Origin: Octopus bimaculoides
Lineage: Eukaryota
Direction: 5' to 3'
Assembly (NCBI RefSeq): GCF_001194135.2
Contig: NC_068999.1
Coordinates: forward strand, 36,011,924-36,058,725
DNA: 46,802 bases
Shown here piece by piece: positions 35,217 to 46,802 of the stretch. Numbering within the stretch: position 1 is the stretch's first letter; every line of letters begins with the position of its first letter. The notes under the pieces are model-generated. The model made no database searches, was not told where the DNA came from, and worked only from the letters and a program-made list of their open reading frames with translations. The translations under genes and the position numbers were made by a program.

Positions 35217-35589
35217 TAAAGTTGAGTGGGGACATTAACTCCTTTTTTCGAGTTATAAGGATGCAGTTGTGCGTCGGTAGCTAACTGGAAAAGATGTTTT
35301 CCTGGGCTAAAAAAAAAGAGATTGTAACATCGTCTTAATCAGGACTGCGACATTACGTTGGCAAATAGACTTTACGCTGTAGTACTGTTACTACTTCCTT
35401 CTCGTTCAGGGATTTAAAACTACACACACACACACACACAGACATACACAGACATACACAGACACACACATACACACACAGACATACACAGACACACACA
35501 TACACACACACACACACACATATATATATATTATATATATATACATACATATATACACACACATTTATATACATTCATACATAATTATT

Positions 35590-35873
35590 ATTAAAATTAT
35601 AATAAAGGGTATCTAAGAGATACCACCATACTAGATATAGCAGCCAAAACTTGACTCTAAAACCACATTAAATGTTCATACAACACCAGGAGAGAAGACA
35701 AAGAGAGAAAATAAACTAGCAAAAAAAAATAAATTTTCTTTCGCTAGTTTATTTTGTCTCTTTGTTTTCTGTCCTGGTGCTGTATGAACAGTTAATGTGG
35801 TTTTAGAATCAAGTTTTAACTGCTATATCTAGTATTGTGGTATCTCTAAGATACCCTTAATTATAATTTTAAT
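35590..35873. mobile_element. Fold-back element, ~130-bp arms, unclassified MITE-like
   Basis: attaaaattataataaagggtatctaagagatacc..aaaataaactagc is mirrored by gctagtttatttt..ggtatctctaagatacccttaattataattttaat; about 90% identity by eye. Confidence 0.88.
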
Positions 35874-35995
35874 ATAATTTTACCTTTTGAGGTTTTTATC
35901 CCTATGCTGGCCACCTGATAAGACCGGTATTTTAAATAACGATCTTCTTATTTATATAAATTGACATACATACTTACATATGTAGAAACAGATAT

Positions 35996-36023
35996 GGAGA
36001 TAGATAGACTGATAGATAGATAT

Positions 36024-36096
<73 letters not shown>

Positions 36097-36146
36097 TACA
36101 TACATACATACATACATACATACATACATACATACATACATACATA
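35996..36146. repeat. Compound (GATA)n(GACA)n(TACA)n microsatellite
   Basis: Read directly from the sequence. Confidence 0.95.
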
Positions 36147-36324
36147 GTTACTAATGTACATATATTTATTCAAATATCTACAGAAAGAGAATGTTTCAGT
36201 TTCAACGCTAAGTATTACGGATAACTTAATCATATTTGAAGGATCTTCAGTTTGCAATGATATCCACACTCTCTACTTGAAGGTTCAGCGCCATTAAGGA
36301 TCAGAAGTCCTGTAACCAATAAGG

Positions 36325-36358
<34 letters not shown>

Positions 36359-36493
36359 ATCTTAACAGGTTTACGGAGACTAAAGCAATATCAGGTATGC
36401 TGTAGTTTTCGTAAATATAACTCAATATGGTTCATATAATGATAATGGATATTACAAATAAGTGTGTCCTTTACGTATTTTCTGTTTAATCTT

Positions 36494-36539
<46 letters not shown>

Positions 36540-36575
36540 ACACATAAAGTGTGTGTGTGTGAGAGAGAGAGAGCG

Positions 36576-36606
<31 letters not shown>

Positions 36607-37940
36607 GAGACAAAGAGTGAAAAAGATGTACATACAAAGACAGAGAGAGAGACAGAGAGTGTGTGTGTGTATGTGATGGAGGAAAAGAGTAAAAGCCACT
36701 CAAAAATGAAATTATGACTTTCCTTATTGTATCTATGATTAACAAATATCATGTTATATCCACTTCTCTCGTGACTCATGTATGTTAATCACACGACCTT
36801 TATTCAACTAAAACATATATTGTTACTTCTCTAATTCTAATTCCCAATCTTCATTCGAAAAACGCAAGGTACGGTGTTGTGTTAAATCAGGTGTGGTAGA
36901 TAACTTGTCACAGTTATTATTTTTGTTGTAAGTGGTGGTTGTTATTTTTGTTATTGTTGTTGTTGCTGCTGGTGGTGGTGGTGTTATTGTTGTTGTTTAA
37001 ACTCCGGTGGTCTCTGATCGAGCAGACCTACAATCGAACGAATCCCAATCCGTTTTCACTTCCTTCCCTGCTAATGCAATATTTTCTTTCAAGCACAGTA
37101 CTCTTTGCAAGATATTACGAATGAGTCCTTCTCTAAGACGGTAGAGTGTAACCTTAATGAGATACGACTGCCATTAATACCATTCATGCGATCATCTTAA
37201 AGGTCCATAGTTGCATGTAATCTAATCAGGGTTGGCGGGACAGCTCCCAGTAACTTCGATGAGGCTTCACCCTACACTGTTGAGATTGGTGTTGTTGAAA
37301 ACACCATCAGTTGCCTGATTCCCAATCGCATAAAATATTGTGTGAGCGTGTGAGTGTGTGTGCGTCTCTGAGTGTGTGTGAGTGTGTGTATGTGTATATA
37401 TAGGAAAGAGTATTTGTGTGTGTATATGAGTATGTCTTAGAGCGAGGTAGCTTGCAAAGAATACAGACAACTTTCAAATTTTATCCCAGAAGCAGATTGA
37501 ACTCCACATCGCAAACTCACACATCATTCATCAGCAGGTTATACTAATCCGATTGACACATATATTTTGTGCCATATTCGTGTTGTACTAAACTGTGGTG
37601 CCCACATGTTTACAGCCAGAAGTACTGAGGTTATGAGAGGAACTGTTTTATGATTGGAAAGAGTGTAGCGATGGTCATGAATTGCATACAGCTCATCATT
37701 GAGTTAGTTGACAGCCATCGAACTGATTTAGCAAGCTGTTAAACTAACGCTGACACTTGCATAAACGAGAATTGTCCATCGATCAAACACAAGTACATAA
37801 TTAAATATAGAGATTATAATACTTCAATCCACCCTTCCTTTTGCGCGCGCGAACACACATACACACAGACACGCATTCATATACATACACAAGCATACTA
37901 AGTCACTCTCCTCAACCCTTTCGCCATATCACAGGTAATC

Positions 37941-38231
37941 TGGTACTCCGTCGGTTACTACGACAAGGGTTTCAGTTGGTCCGGTCAACAGAACAGTTTG
38001 CTCGTGAAATTAACGGGCAAGTGAGCAGTTCTCAGGGAGATTTCAGCGTGAAACAGTATGTAACAAGTCTACCTCATTCATCTATAGGTACAACTAACAT
38101 TTGCCAACTGAGTAGACTTGAGCAACGGGAAATAAAGTTTCTTGCTCAAGCACATAACGTTCCACCGGAAATCGAACCCATGACCTTACGATCATGAGCC
38201 GTATTCCTCATCCCAATAAACCGCACGCCTC
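37941..38231 (-). mobile_element. tRNA-headed SINE (family D), internally deleted
   Basis: tggtactccgtcggttactacgac..gctcgtgaaattaac..cagggagatt..cttgctcaagcaca..aatcgaaccc, antisense. Confidence 0.82.
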
Positions 38232-38376
38232 CACTTTATCACAAGTACACAGACAAACACATATTACCAGACACATTATAGCAATTACCCCATCTCCCAT
38301 GTTCCTCATACACACACATGCATATACAGGCACACACAAACACGCACGCATATTGTCATATCCAATACCTCAATCC

Positions 38377-38411
<35 letters not shown>

Positions 38412-38709
38412 GCACAGACATTCACATATTACGTCACATTTTACAACTTTCATTTATTTCTCTTTGTTGACTCCATCTAATTCTAATTTCGTTTTGAATA
38501 TCAAAGATTTATGTTTCTGTGTGGAATCTTGTAAGAAAATAATTTCAATAATGGCAAATATTGAATCCAAAGCTTCCACTGGAATCTGTTGTTATGTTGC
38601 TAAAACCTAAACTTTTCCTCATCCTCTCTCTCTCTCTCTCTCTCTNNNNNNNNNNNNNNNNNNNNNNNNNNNNNNNNNNNNNNNNNNNNTATATATATAT
38701 ATATATATA

Positions 38710-38768
<59 letters not shown>

Positions 38769-39380
38769 CTATCTCTACCCCTTCTCATTTCCATTCTTGT
38801 CTCTCCTGTACCTTCTCCTCCCATCTTCTTCCCACCTCCTCTTCTTCACCTCCTCCCATCCTTCATCCTTATTCCCCACTTTCTCCTTTTGTCATCCTCC
38901 TCCTCCACCTCCCTTCTCTGCACCGATTTCCTACCAAAACAAACCAACAGTGAGCAATCGTTATGAAACAATATTCACAACTGTTTTGATGGTCGACAAA
39001 ATGGTGGTGACTTAAACAGCACTAGAGAGGAAACTAGTGATTAGCTATGTTGCACATAATGAGTGTAAGCAGTTCAAACTCCTAATGATACCGTTGAACT
39101 CTTTACTATGAGCGTAAACTGCTTCAACGTTTAATAACACATAGAGAATCATTCAACAGCATTATTCACAATCGCGATAAACAGTTGAAAGCTCTATTGT
39201 TACAGACAGAACTGTGAAAGATTGAAAAGACTAATGACACAGAAAGAACTGTACACACATAGGTTTAAACTGTTTAAACTTATAAGTGTAATATACTTCA
39301 CCATTAGGCAAAAGCAAGTGATTCTCAACTATTATATAGCCATTCAATGTTAAAAAAGTCATATCATGTTTTTATAATTA

Positions 39381-39758
39381 AGGTGCAGGAGTGGCTGTGT
39401 GGTAAGTAGCTTGCTTACCAGCCACATGGATCTGGGTTCAGTCTAAATGCGTGGCACATTGAGCAAGTGTCTTCTACTATAGACTCGAGCCGACCAAAGC
39501 CTTGTGATTGGATCTGGTAGACGAAAACTGAAAGAAGCCCGACGTATATATGTATGTATATATGTGTGTGTGTATATATGTTTGTGTGTCTGTGTTTGTA
39601 CAACCAACATCGCTTGACAACTGATGCTGGTGTGTTTACGTCCCCGTGACTTAGCGGTTCGGCATAAAAGACCGATAAGTCCTGGGGTCGATTTGTTCGA
39701 CTAAAGGTGGTGCTCCAGCATGGCCGCAGTCAAATGACTGAAACAAGTAAAAGAGTAA
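39381..39758 (+). mobile_element. SINE family B, full length with internal (TA/TG)n microsatellite
   Basis: Head gtggctgtgtggtaag..gggttcagtc, internal simple repeat 39545-39600, body ..ttagcggttcggc..ccagcatggccgcagtcaaatgactgaaacaagtaaaagag. Confidence 0.88.
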
Positions 39759-39844
39759 ATATTATTAGGAATTGTAGTAAAAATTGTTGAAATATTTTGT
39801 GTATCGATGAAGTATAACAAACCCGTTGCAGATACATTTTGGTT

Positions 39845-40030
39845 GGAAATATTAGTACATAGCCAGCAAATTCAGGGAGGAGATAAGTTGATTACTTCAG
39901 CATCAGTGTTAAACTGGTACTTATTCTATCGACCCCGAAAGGATGAAAGGCAAAGTCGACCACAGCATAACTTGAATTCAGAATGTGGACGAGATAACAC
40001 TGAGAATTTTGTCCGTCGTGCTAACAATTT
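39845..40030 (-). mobile_element. SINE family A copy
   Basis: ctggtacttattctatcgaccccgaaaggatgaaaggcaaagtcgacc is nearly identical to the antisense core of 13768-13987. Confidence 0.82.
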
Positions 40031-40214
40031 TAATCTTATATGTACCACCAAGGGTAGATCAACAATTCTAAAAATACGGGTAGGACTGTTCACCATGAGA
40101 ATAAAAGATGAAAGATTTAATGATGCTTATGGAACTGTTCGCTTTCCGAAGAAGAGTTATGCCCGAAATATTAAGACTTTCGTCTTCTTCGTGTCACAGT
40201 GATTCACCATACGT

Positions 40215-40760
40215 TTGAAATGTTTAAGCTCAAATATCTAAGATCGTTTATCAAATATCTACTGATATTTGGCATCATATATTCATGACCCGATATTATA
40301 TATTTATGATAAAATATCAAATATTTATGATCTGAGATTAAATATCTGTGGTATGATGTATATACTTATAACCTGAAATCATATATCTATTTTCTGTTAC
40401 CATATATTTGTGGTCGGATATCAAAAGACTTTGAAATAGCTATCAAATAACACTAGCCTAATATCAAATGCACATGAATTGATATGTAAGTATGCCCTGG
40501 TACCTATGTTCTGGTATAAAAAATATTCTCTAATCTAAAGTCAAAGATCTATGGTCTGATATGATATATCTATAGTCGACTATATAAAGTTTGTAGTCTG
40601 ATATAAGAAATCTATGGTTTGATACTATTCATCTATGGTTTGGTGCTAAATATCTATGACAGGATATCAACAGAAATTTGATGTTTGACCATTGATATCA
40701 AATATCAATGGTCATAAATATGAATAGCTTCATCCAAAATATCAATACTGTAGTATCATA
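40215..40760. repeat. Decayed minisatellite, ~21-bp unit like gatatcaaatatctatggtct
   Basis: Recurrent (a)tatcaaatatct(a)tg(g/a)t(c/t)tg motif by eye. Confidence 0.6.
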
Positions 40761-41514
40761 TATCTGTAACAATTCTGTCTTAGAGATCACAGATGAATAA
40801 ATAAGTAAGACTGTTTTCTGATATCAATGTAAGTTACTGTCAGGTAGTGGCCTTTTGAACTTGCTGCAAATAAAATATATTGTTAGTGTCCTCTATAGCT
40901 AATCAGACTCGATTAACTACACTTTGTTAAATGTATATATTTATTACTTTATGAGTGATTACTCTAGTAGCATACATATACTACACTATCGAATTAGTAT
41001 GGCAAACAGAGCAGTCAATATATATATATTACATAGTTTTATTGAATTACAATAAACGGTAGCATATGACAAGTACAGAATGAAGCACAACAATCAATCG
41101 TGTAGAGTGTCACGGGCTGAAATGTTGGTGGCTTGTATAGCTTGTCCATTATCTGTTTCGGTGTAATTACTTATAAAAAAGGTAGCTGTTTTTGTTGTTG
41201 TTAATTGTGTTGCTTGTCACCAGGTCAACCATGAATGAGTAGACCTACGATCAAAAGTGCACCAGACGCGAACACCTTGTTCTTCTTTCCTTGCTAGTTC
41301 TAAATAGATAAACAAATTTAGTTAATCTGAAATAGTTGCATGGGCGAGAAACACTAAAGGTTAAACCATCCTAGAGAGATCGTGGAATCGTTACAAACTA
41401 CTCGGAGTGAATATTCCTGCAACTCATTTATCAATCAGTAACTCAAACAAGACTTCCCTCCCTTGGTTACCTTAGCAATATTCTTTTTATCGTCACTGTT
41501 CTCTGAATCACGTA

Positions 41515-41860
41515 GTGAAGGTGCATGGCTCAGTGATTAGAACATCGGGCTGAGAATCATGAGGTAGTGAATTCGATTCCCGGACCGTGCTGTGTGCTGT
41601 GTTCTTGAGCAAGACACTTTATTTCACTTTACTCCAGTTCACTCAGCTGTTGAAATGAGTTGCGACGTCACTGATGCCAAGCTGTATCAATCTTTGCCTT
41701 TTGCTTGGATAACATTGGCGGCGTGGAGAGGGGAGGATGGTATGCATGGGCGACTGCTGGTCTTCCATAAACAACCTTGCCCGGACTTGTTCCTTGGAGG
41801 GGGACTTTCCAGGAGCAATCCCATGGTCATTCATGATCGAAGAGGGTCTTTACTCTTTAC
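41515..41860 (+). mobile_element. tRNA-headed SINE (family C), full length, (CTTTAC) tail
   Basis: tggctcagtgattag (A box), ttcgattccc (B box), cttgagcaagacac..tccagttcactcagctg, and tail ctttactctttac. Confidence 0.85.
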
Positions 41861-42118
41861 TCCATGAATTACGTGAGCAGATAACCTTTGACTTGTGAGT
41901 ACAGTAGTGTTACTTGCTTCCGTGCTGTTGCAATTCCAAGAGATAAAGATCTCCGTCAAGTATTTGTATTAAATTATCTTCAGTACAAACGTTTCGCAAC
42001 AAACAGCATATAACAAATAACATATTATAAACACCACATAAAGAAAACCAGAGAGCCGCTAGGCTGTCTAGGAGAATCCACGTGGCTTGTCTTGACGTGT
42101 TGCGCTCTCTCTCACTCG

Positions 42119-42162
<44 letters not shown>

Positions 42163-42826
42163 TACACACACCATTAATTTCAAGGAACATGCTTGTATCG
42201 TAGTCGACGAAAAGCAGTAACCTTTACGTACATCTAGTGATATACACTAATTAAATTAGGGATTCATATCCATGTACTACATTCATTACATTATCCAGAA
42301 AGTTATATACAGAATATTCTTAACCGTTATGGTCATTGGACAGTGTTCAATTAATTTATTGTATGTAAATTTATAAATATATTGGAGCAAGTAAATAAAA
42401 TATTTGAAAACTCTGACCTAAATGTATTTATTGTCTATGCAGTAAATAAGATATTTACGAGTTGTTGATATTCAAAGCTTCCATCGAGTCTTCTTCGTCT
42501 GTTCCTTTCTTCAGCAGGTCGATTCATTCGGAGGTCACCAATTTTTAGTGTAGTGTTTTGTCTTAGGTTATTCACAAGCTTGCGTGTGCAAACTAAAGTT
42601 AATATTTTTATTAACATACATATTGGTATATTTACAAATGAACATTCAATAAATTAATGGATCAATGTTCAATGAACATAAGTTAAGAATCTTCTGTATA
42701 TGACTTGCTGGATAATGTAATGAAGGTAGTAAAAGGAAATGAACCACTGCATCTAATTAATCTTTACTGGACACTACAAGTAAAGGTTCGTGCCTTTTGC
42801 CGACTACTAAATAAGCAAAATGGTAA

Positions 42827-43111
42827 AGGCGCGTGGTTGAGTGGTAAGGATATTAAACTCATGATCATAAGTTCGTGAGTTCGATTCCCGGCGATGCGTT
42901 GTGTCCTTGAGATGAACATTCTATTTCACGTTGATCCAGTTCACTGAGATGGCAAATATGAGATGTACCTGTATTTCAAAGAGCCAGCCTTGTCTCATTC
43001 TGTCTCACGCTGGATCTCCCTGAGAACTACGTTAAAGGTAAGCGTGTTTGTGGAGTGCTCAGCTTGATCGGACAAGCAAACACACTCATCGTCGTAATCG
43101 CCGGAGTACCA
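42827..43111 (+). mobile_element. tRNA-headed SINE (family D)
   Basis: ggcgcgtggttgagtggtaag..gagttcgattccc..tacctgtatttcaaag..ccctgagaactacgttaa..gtcgtaatcgccggagtacca. Confidence 0.85.
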
Positions 43112-43394
43112 GTTACATAAGCATTATACCTAAATGCAAAGGACGAAGAGAGACAAGCGTCATAGATTCCTCAAGACGGTTTGGCTTTTTCCTGGTTAGT
43201 TTGAATTCAGCAATGTTTTTTATAGCTGTGAACCATCCTTCAATTCTTCTACAGTCTTCGCCCAAACTCTCTGACGGGAAAACTCACATAGTTGAAGATT
43301 GTCGCATCTAACATAGTAAGTGAGCCAGTGCTGGTTAGTGGAGCTATATTTGTGTAGGCAATTGTGCCCTTTATGATGACATGTGAGCCAAAAT

Positions 43395-43780
43395 GATATG
43401 TGGCAACAAGCATGCTGCAAACATCATGCAGCAAATGCGTATTGCAAATACCATGTGGCAAACACCATGTAGTAAACACCATATTGTAAACACCATATCG
43501 CATTCATCATACAGCAAGCGCTTTATGGCAAATATGTATGTGGCATATATCATGCTGCACACACCATGTAGCAAATGCCATAAAACAAGCACGAAACAGT
43601 AAAGAGGAGAACAACATATAAGGAATACCATGTAATAAACATCCTGTATTAACTACCATGTGTCACACATACTAGTTGTTACTATACGTAGCACATATCA
43701 TTAGGTAAATACCTTGAAACACATAACATGTAGTAAACACCATGCGGAAAACATCCTGTAGCAAATACCTCGTAGCAGAA
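43395..43780. repeat. Decayed minisatellite, ~14-bp unit aaacaccatgtagc
   Basis: Recurrent aaa(c/t)a(c/t)catgt(a/g)g(c/t) motif by eye. Confidence 0.65.
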
Positions 43781-44511
43781 TACGAGGGGCACACCCCAGC
43801 GTAGCAGCTGGGTTTCAAACTATCTACACGTGAGTTAACGTAATTTAAAATCGGTTAGATTTCTTTAGTTGCTTTGTTTGAGTCGCCACGCGTAAGACCA
43901 TGCTGGAACATTGCATGCTTTGGTATAAGATGCACTGGATTTAAAATGAAGCATTGAGAACTTGCATTGAAGTATATTCCTGTCGTATCAGTTCTACCAC
44001 ATCTGCTGTTAGATAACATACTATTCGTATAATCTACACATTATAGATAGAAACCTCTTATTTTACGGACGAAGCAGTAAATTATATCCACTCCAGTCAT
44101 TTAAATATGATACTATCACTTAAGAAACATTAGAAAACATGATTAAATCAAACTAAAGAATGCAGAACTTAAATACATGCAAGCGTTAACTGGAGAGCAA
44201 TTCTGAGATTAAAGCACGTAGAAACCTAATATCATGAGCGGATTGTTACCTTGTTTTCTGTATCATTTAATTGAATATCTGAATTATTGAATAAGGCTGT
44301 GTAAATGCACGTATATTCCTAGTTAGTCACCATAAATAATAGGTAGAATTCAAGTGGAAGATAATTTATTTGTTTTTCTATGAGGAGAGGAAGAAATAAC
44401 AGTTTGACATGAAATAGACATTTGAATGACATCATTTTGAATGCAACGCAGACGTGCGGATACTTTCGTTGTGCAATTTTGAGCTCTCAATTCTTTTATG
44501 GTTGCTAACAT

Positions 44512-44908
44512 GATCTAGTAGTCAGGGTGTTGCTCTCACGACGATCACCAGATCATGGTTCGATTTCCGCACCGAGTAGCGTGTTATGTCCTTCAGCAGA
44601 ACACTTTATTTCCCGTTGGTCAATTGCCGTGTAGGAATCGGCATGTCAAATAATTGGACCTAACGTGTCTTCTGCATATCGTGAAAGGCGAAAAAAAGGT
44701 TGAGGTAGGACTTACACTCCGGCTTCGTTCAACTCTCACCAGCAACGACTACCCAAGGAGAACCATGGGTTGGAGGACTCTCGCCTGAGTGGTGTAACGG
44801 TGTCATCTACTAAGAGTAAGGAATCACCAACAAATGGTGGATGCAGTGACGCGCTGTTACAGCACACGCCCCATACCTACTACTACTACTACTACTACTA
44901 CTACTCCT
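44512..44908 (+). mobile_element. Old SINE-like element ending in (ACT)n
   Basis: Decayed head ctagtagtcagggtg..ggttcgatttcc; terminal (CTA)n at 44876-44906. Confidence 0.45.
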
Positions 44909-44954
44909 TGGTATAGGAATCATAAATAAATTCATATTGGTACAGTGATAATTA

Positions 44955-45243
44955 GTGGCCTAGTGGTTAGGGCGTTGCGTTTTCGATCGCAAGATCGTGG
45001 TTTCGATTCCCAACTGACATCGTGTCTTTTTTTTTTATCAAAATACATCATTTTACGCTGCTCTAGTTCACTCAGCTGTACAAGGCTAACCCTGCGATGC
45101 ACTGGCGTTCCGTTCACGGGAAATGTTGACCTACCCATATACCCGATGGGGTGGCATTTTTCGAAAGCTACTACAATGTGAGAAAGCGCATTGTATCCAG
45201 CGATGTATAACAACATCTGATATTCTGGTCGATACACTGATAC
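44955..45243 (+). mobile_element. tRNA-headed SINE (family E)
   Basis: gtggcctagtggttagggcg..gtttcgattccc..ttcactcagctg..aaccctgcgatgcactggcgttccg body. Confidence 0.75.
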
Positions 45244-45576
45244 AATGGCATTGGTTTAAAACCTGATATAAACAGTTGATCCTGGTTCTTGTTATTGATT
45301 CATGGGGAAATGAAATTCCAAATCAAGCACGACTGAAATTTAAATCTTGAGAAGACGAAATACTATATCATCTTTAACCTGATAATCAACAATGTCTTGC
45401 GACTCAGCCGCATCAATATCTTTAATTATACATATTACATTCGTTCACATACCAATCGTGAAACGGCATCAAAATTTCAAGGAAACTTGCGCACAATTGA
45501 CTAACATATAATTCAAGGAATCTTTTATTTCTGATACTGTTACGTGTTTCAGGCTAATGCTATTGAAGTAATGAAG

Positions 45577-45635
<59 letters not shown>

Positions 45636-46282
45636 CATACATACATACATACTGAGACATCAGGTTGACTCATATCACAATGATATACAGCTTGAATCAC
45701 GAGTTCCAACATCGTCGACCACCGTGACATGATCAGCTGTCTTTTCTTCGATGGGATTTGAACGCAAAGATATGATCTTTAAAATCAGTTGGTCTGAAGA
45801 GCTCGATATTATCAGTCTACTTATCCACCAATTAGATAATGGTTTTCCAAGTCTAATTTAATAGCGTATCGCATTTTCATTACGATATTTAGTAGAATAA
45901 TAAACGTCAAGCATATGATATCCAAATTACACCCCTTCAAGTTCTGCATCTGTCTTTTCATACTTTGTTTTTTAGCTTTTTTCCTGGTTCATTTATATAT
46001 AGATTTTTTTTTTTAACATAAGAATTGGATATTTGACTTCTACTAAAATATGAAAGTTTTGATCTCAGCTGAACGGCTTCAGTAATTCAATAAAGGGGCA
46101 TCAACAACAAACAAACATAGCAAGCAAACACAGCAAATACAACAGCAACTACAATACTAACAACTGAGATAACAATAGCCACTAACATTACATCTCCTGC
46201 CACCAGCAACACAACAGCATTAAGCAGCTATAACAATAAAAACAACACTAGTGATAAAATAATAACGATGATGATGCTGATG

Positions 46283-46314
<32 letters not shown>

Positions 46315-46543
46315 CAAGGGCAGCATCAGCAAAAATAATAATAGTGATAATAATATTAATAGTCATAATAATTACCACAATACTTCCATCTAAAAATAGT
46401 GCGTAAATATCTCATTCTAAAAGTTCTAATTCGTTTAAATAGCCGTTGCTACGTTCCTCGTATTGTGAAGACATGGCTTTGCAACCGAAAAGATCAAACT
46501 TCTTATCGAGCGCAGCAACAATATTCAATTTACACAACAGCAA

Positions 46544-46581
<38 letters not shown>

Positions 46582-46669
46582 CCATACAACAATACAAATG
46601 ACAATGAAAACAACAAAAACAACATAAACAGTGGTGGTGATGGTAATGATGATAGAAATAATAATAATA

Positions 46670-46746
<77 letters not shown>
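46544..46746. repeat. (GTA)n and (AAT)n microsatellites
   Basis: Read directly from the sequence. Confidence 0.95.
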
Positions 46747-46747
<1 letters not shown>

Positions 46748-46802
46748 GAAAGAACCAACACTAAAAAAAACGAAAGCAGTACATCTTTTTTTTTAAATAA
46801 TA

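Larger units (their letters stand above)
34774..35421 (+). repeat. Diverged tandem repeat (~1.9 units, period 348 bp) carrying hammerhead motifs; retrozyme-like family 2
   Basis: tctctagccaacggtta.cctgtg..ggtccgcaggtac.gtttaa..gtggggacatta.ctcc..gatttaaaact occurs at 34774-35068 and 35122-35421. Confidence 0.92.

Noticed and set aside
35598-35860. Kolobok or piggyBac assignment of the palindrome from TTAA-GGG ends
   Set aside because: The inverted symmetry extends at least 14 bp beyond the TTAA, so it is not a TSD boundary.
38795-38925. Polypyrimidine tract, G-rich on the minus strand
   Set aside because: Too few G3 runs with short loops for a strong quadruplex; ordinary low-complexity DNA in this context.
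41515-41590. tRNA-like A and B boxes here and at other SINE heads
   Set aside because: No complete cloverleaf, and each continues into a shared SINE body, so they are not tRNA genes.
43781-43800. tacgagggg, resembling a mariner TIR start
   Set aside because: No partner TIR or transposase sequence nearby.

Overview
Eukaryotic, AT-rich, repeat-saturated draft-assembly window with 13 N-gaps. The repeat landscape (dense di/tri/tetranucleotide microsatellites, several tRNA-headed SINE families) resembles a cephalopod genome, most likely Octopus; this is an inference, not verified. No host protein-coding gene, rRNA, true tRNA or CRISPR array can be supported. Positions 1-7.4 kb hold decayed non-LTR retrotransposons of four lineages (RTE-like C2H2 tail, R4/Dong-like, HERO-like, L1/Tx1-like), mostly abutting trinucleotide microsatellites. 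A third R4-like RT fragment lies at 26.3-27.1 kb. DNA transposons include a Tc1 with both TIRs and an internal inverted templated duplication, a head-to-head mariner derivative, two DD37D-type elements and a hAT MITE. The main result is two mutually unrelated tandem repeats (13.07-13.62 kb and 34.77-35.42 kb), each with a monomer of about 342-348 nt carrying a type I hammerhead-ribozyme fold. This is the architecture of non-LTR retrozymes or Penelope-linked self-cleaving repeats. One 13-kb copy carries the compensatory U3-A8 core variant. Weaker hammerhead remnants and long fold-back palindromes occur nearby. All alignments and folds were done by eye.
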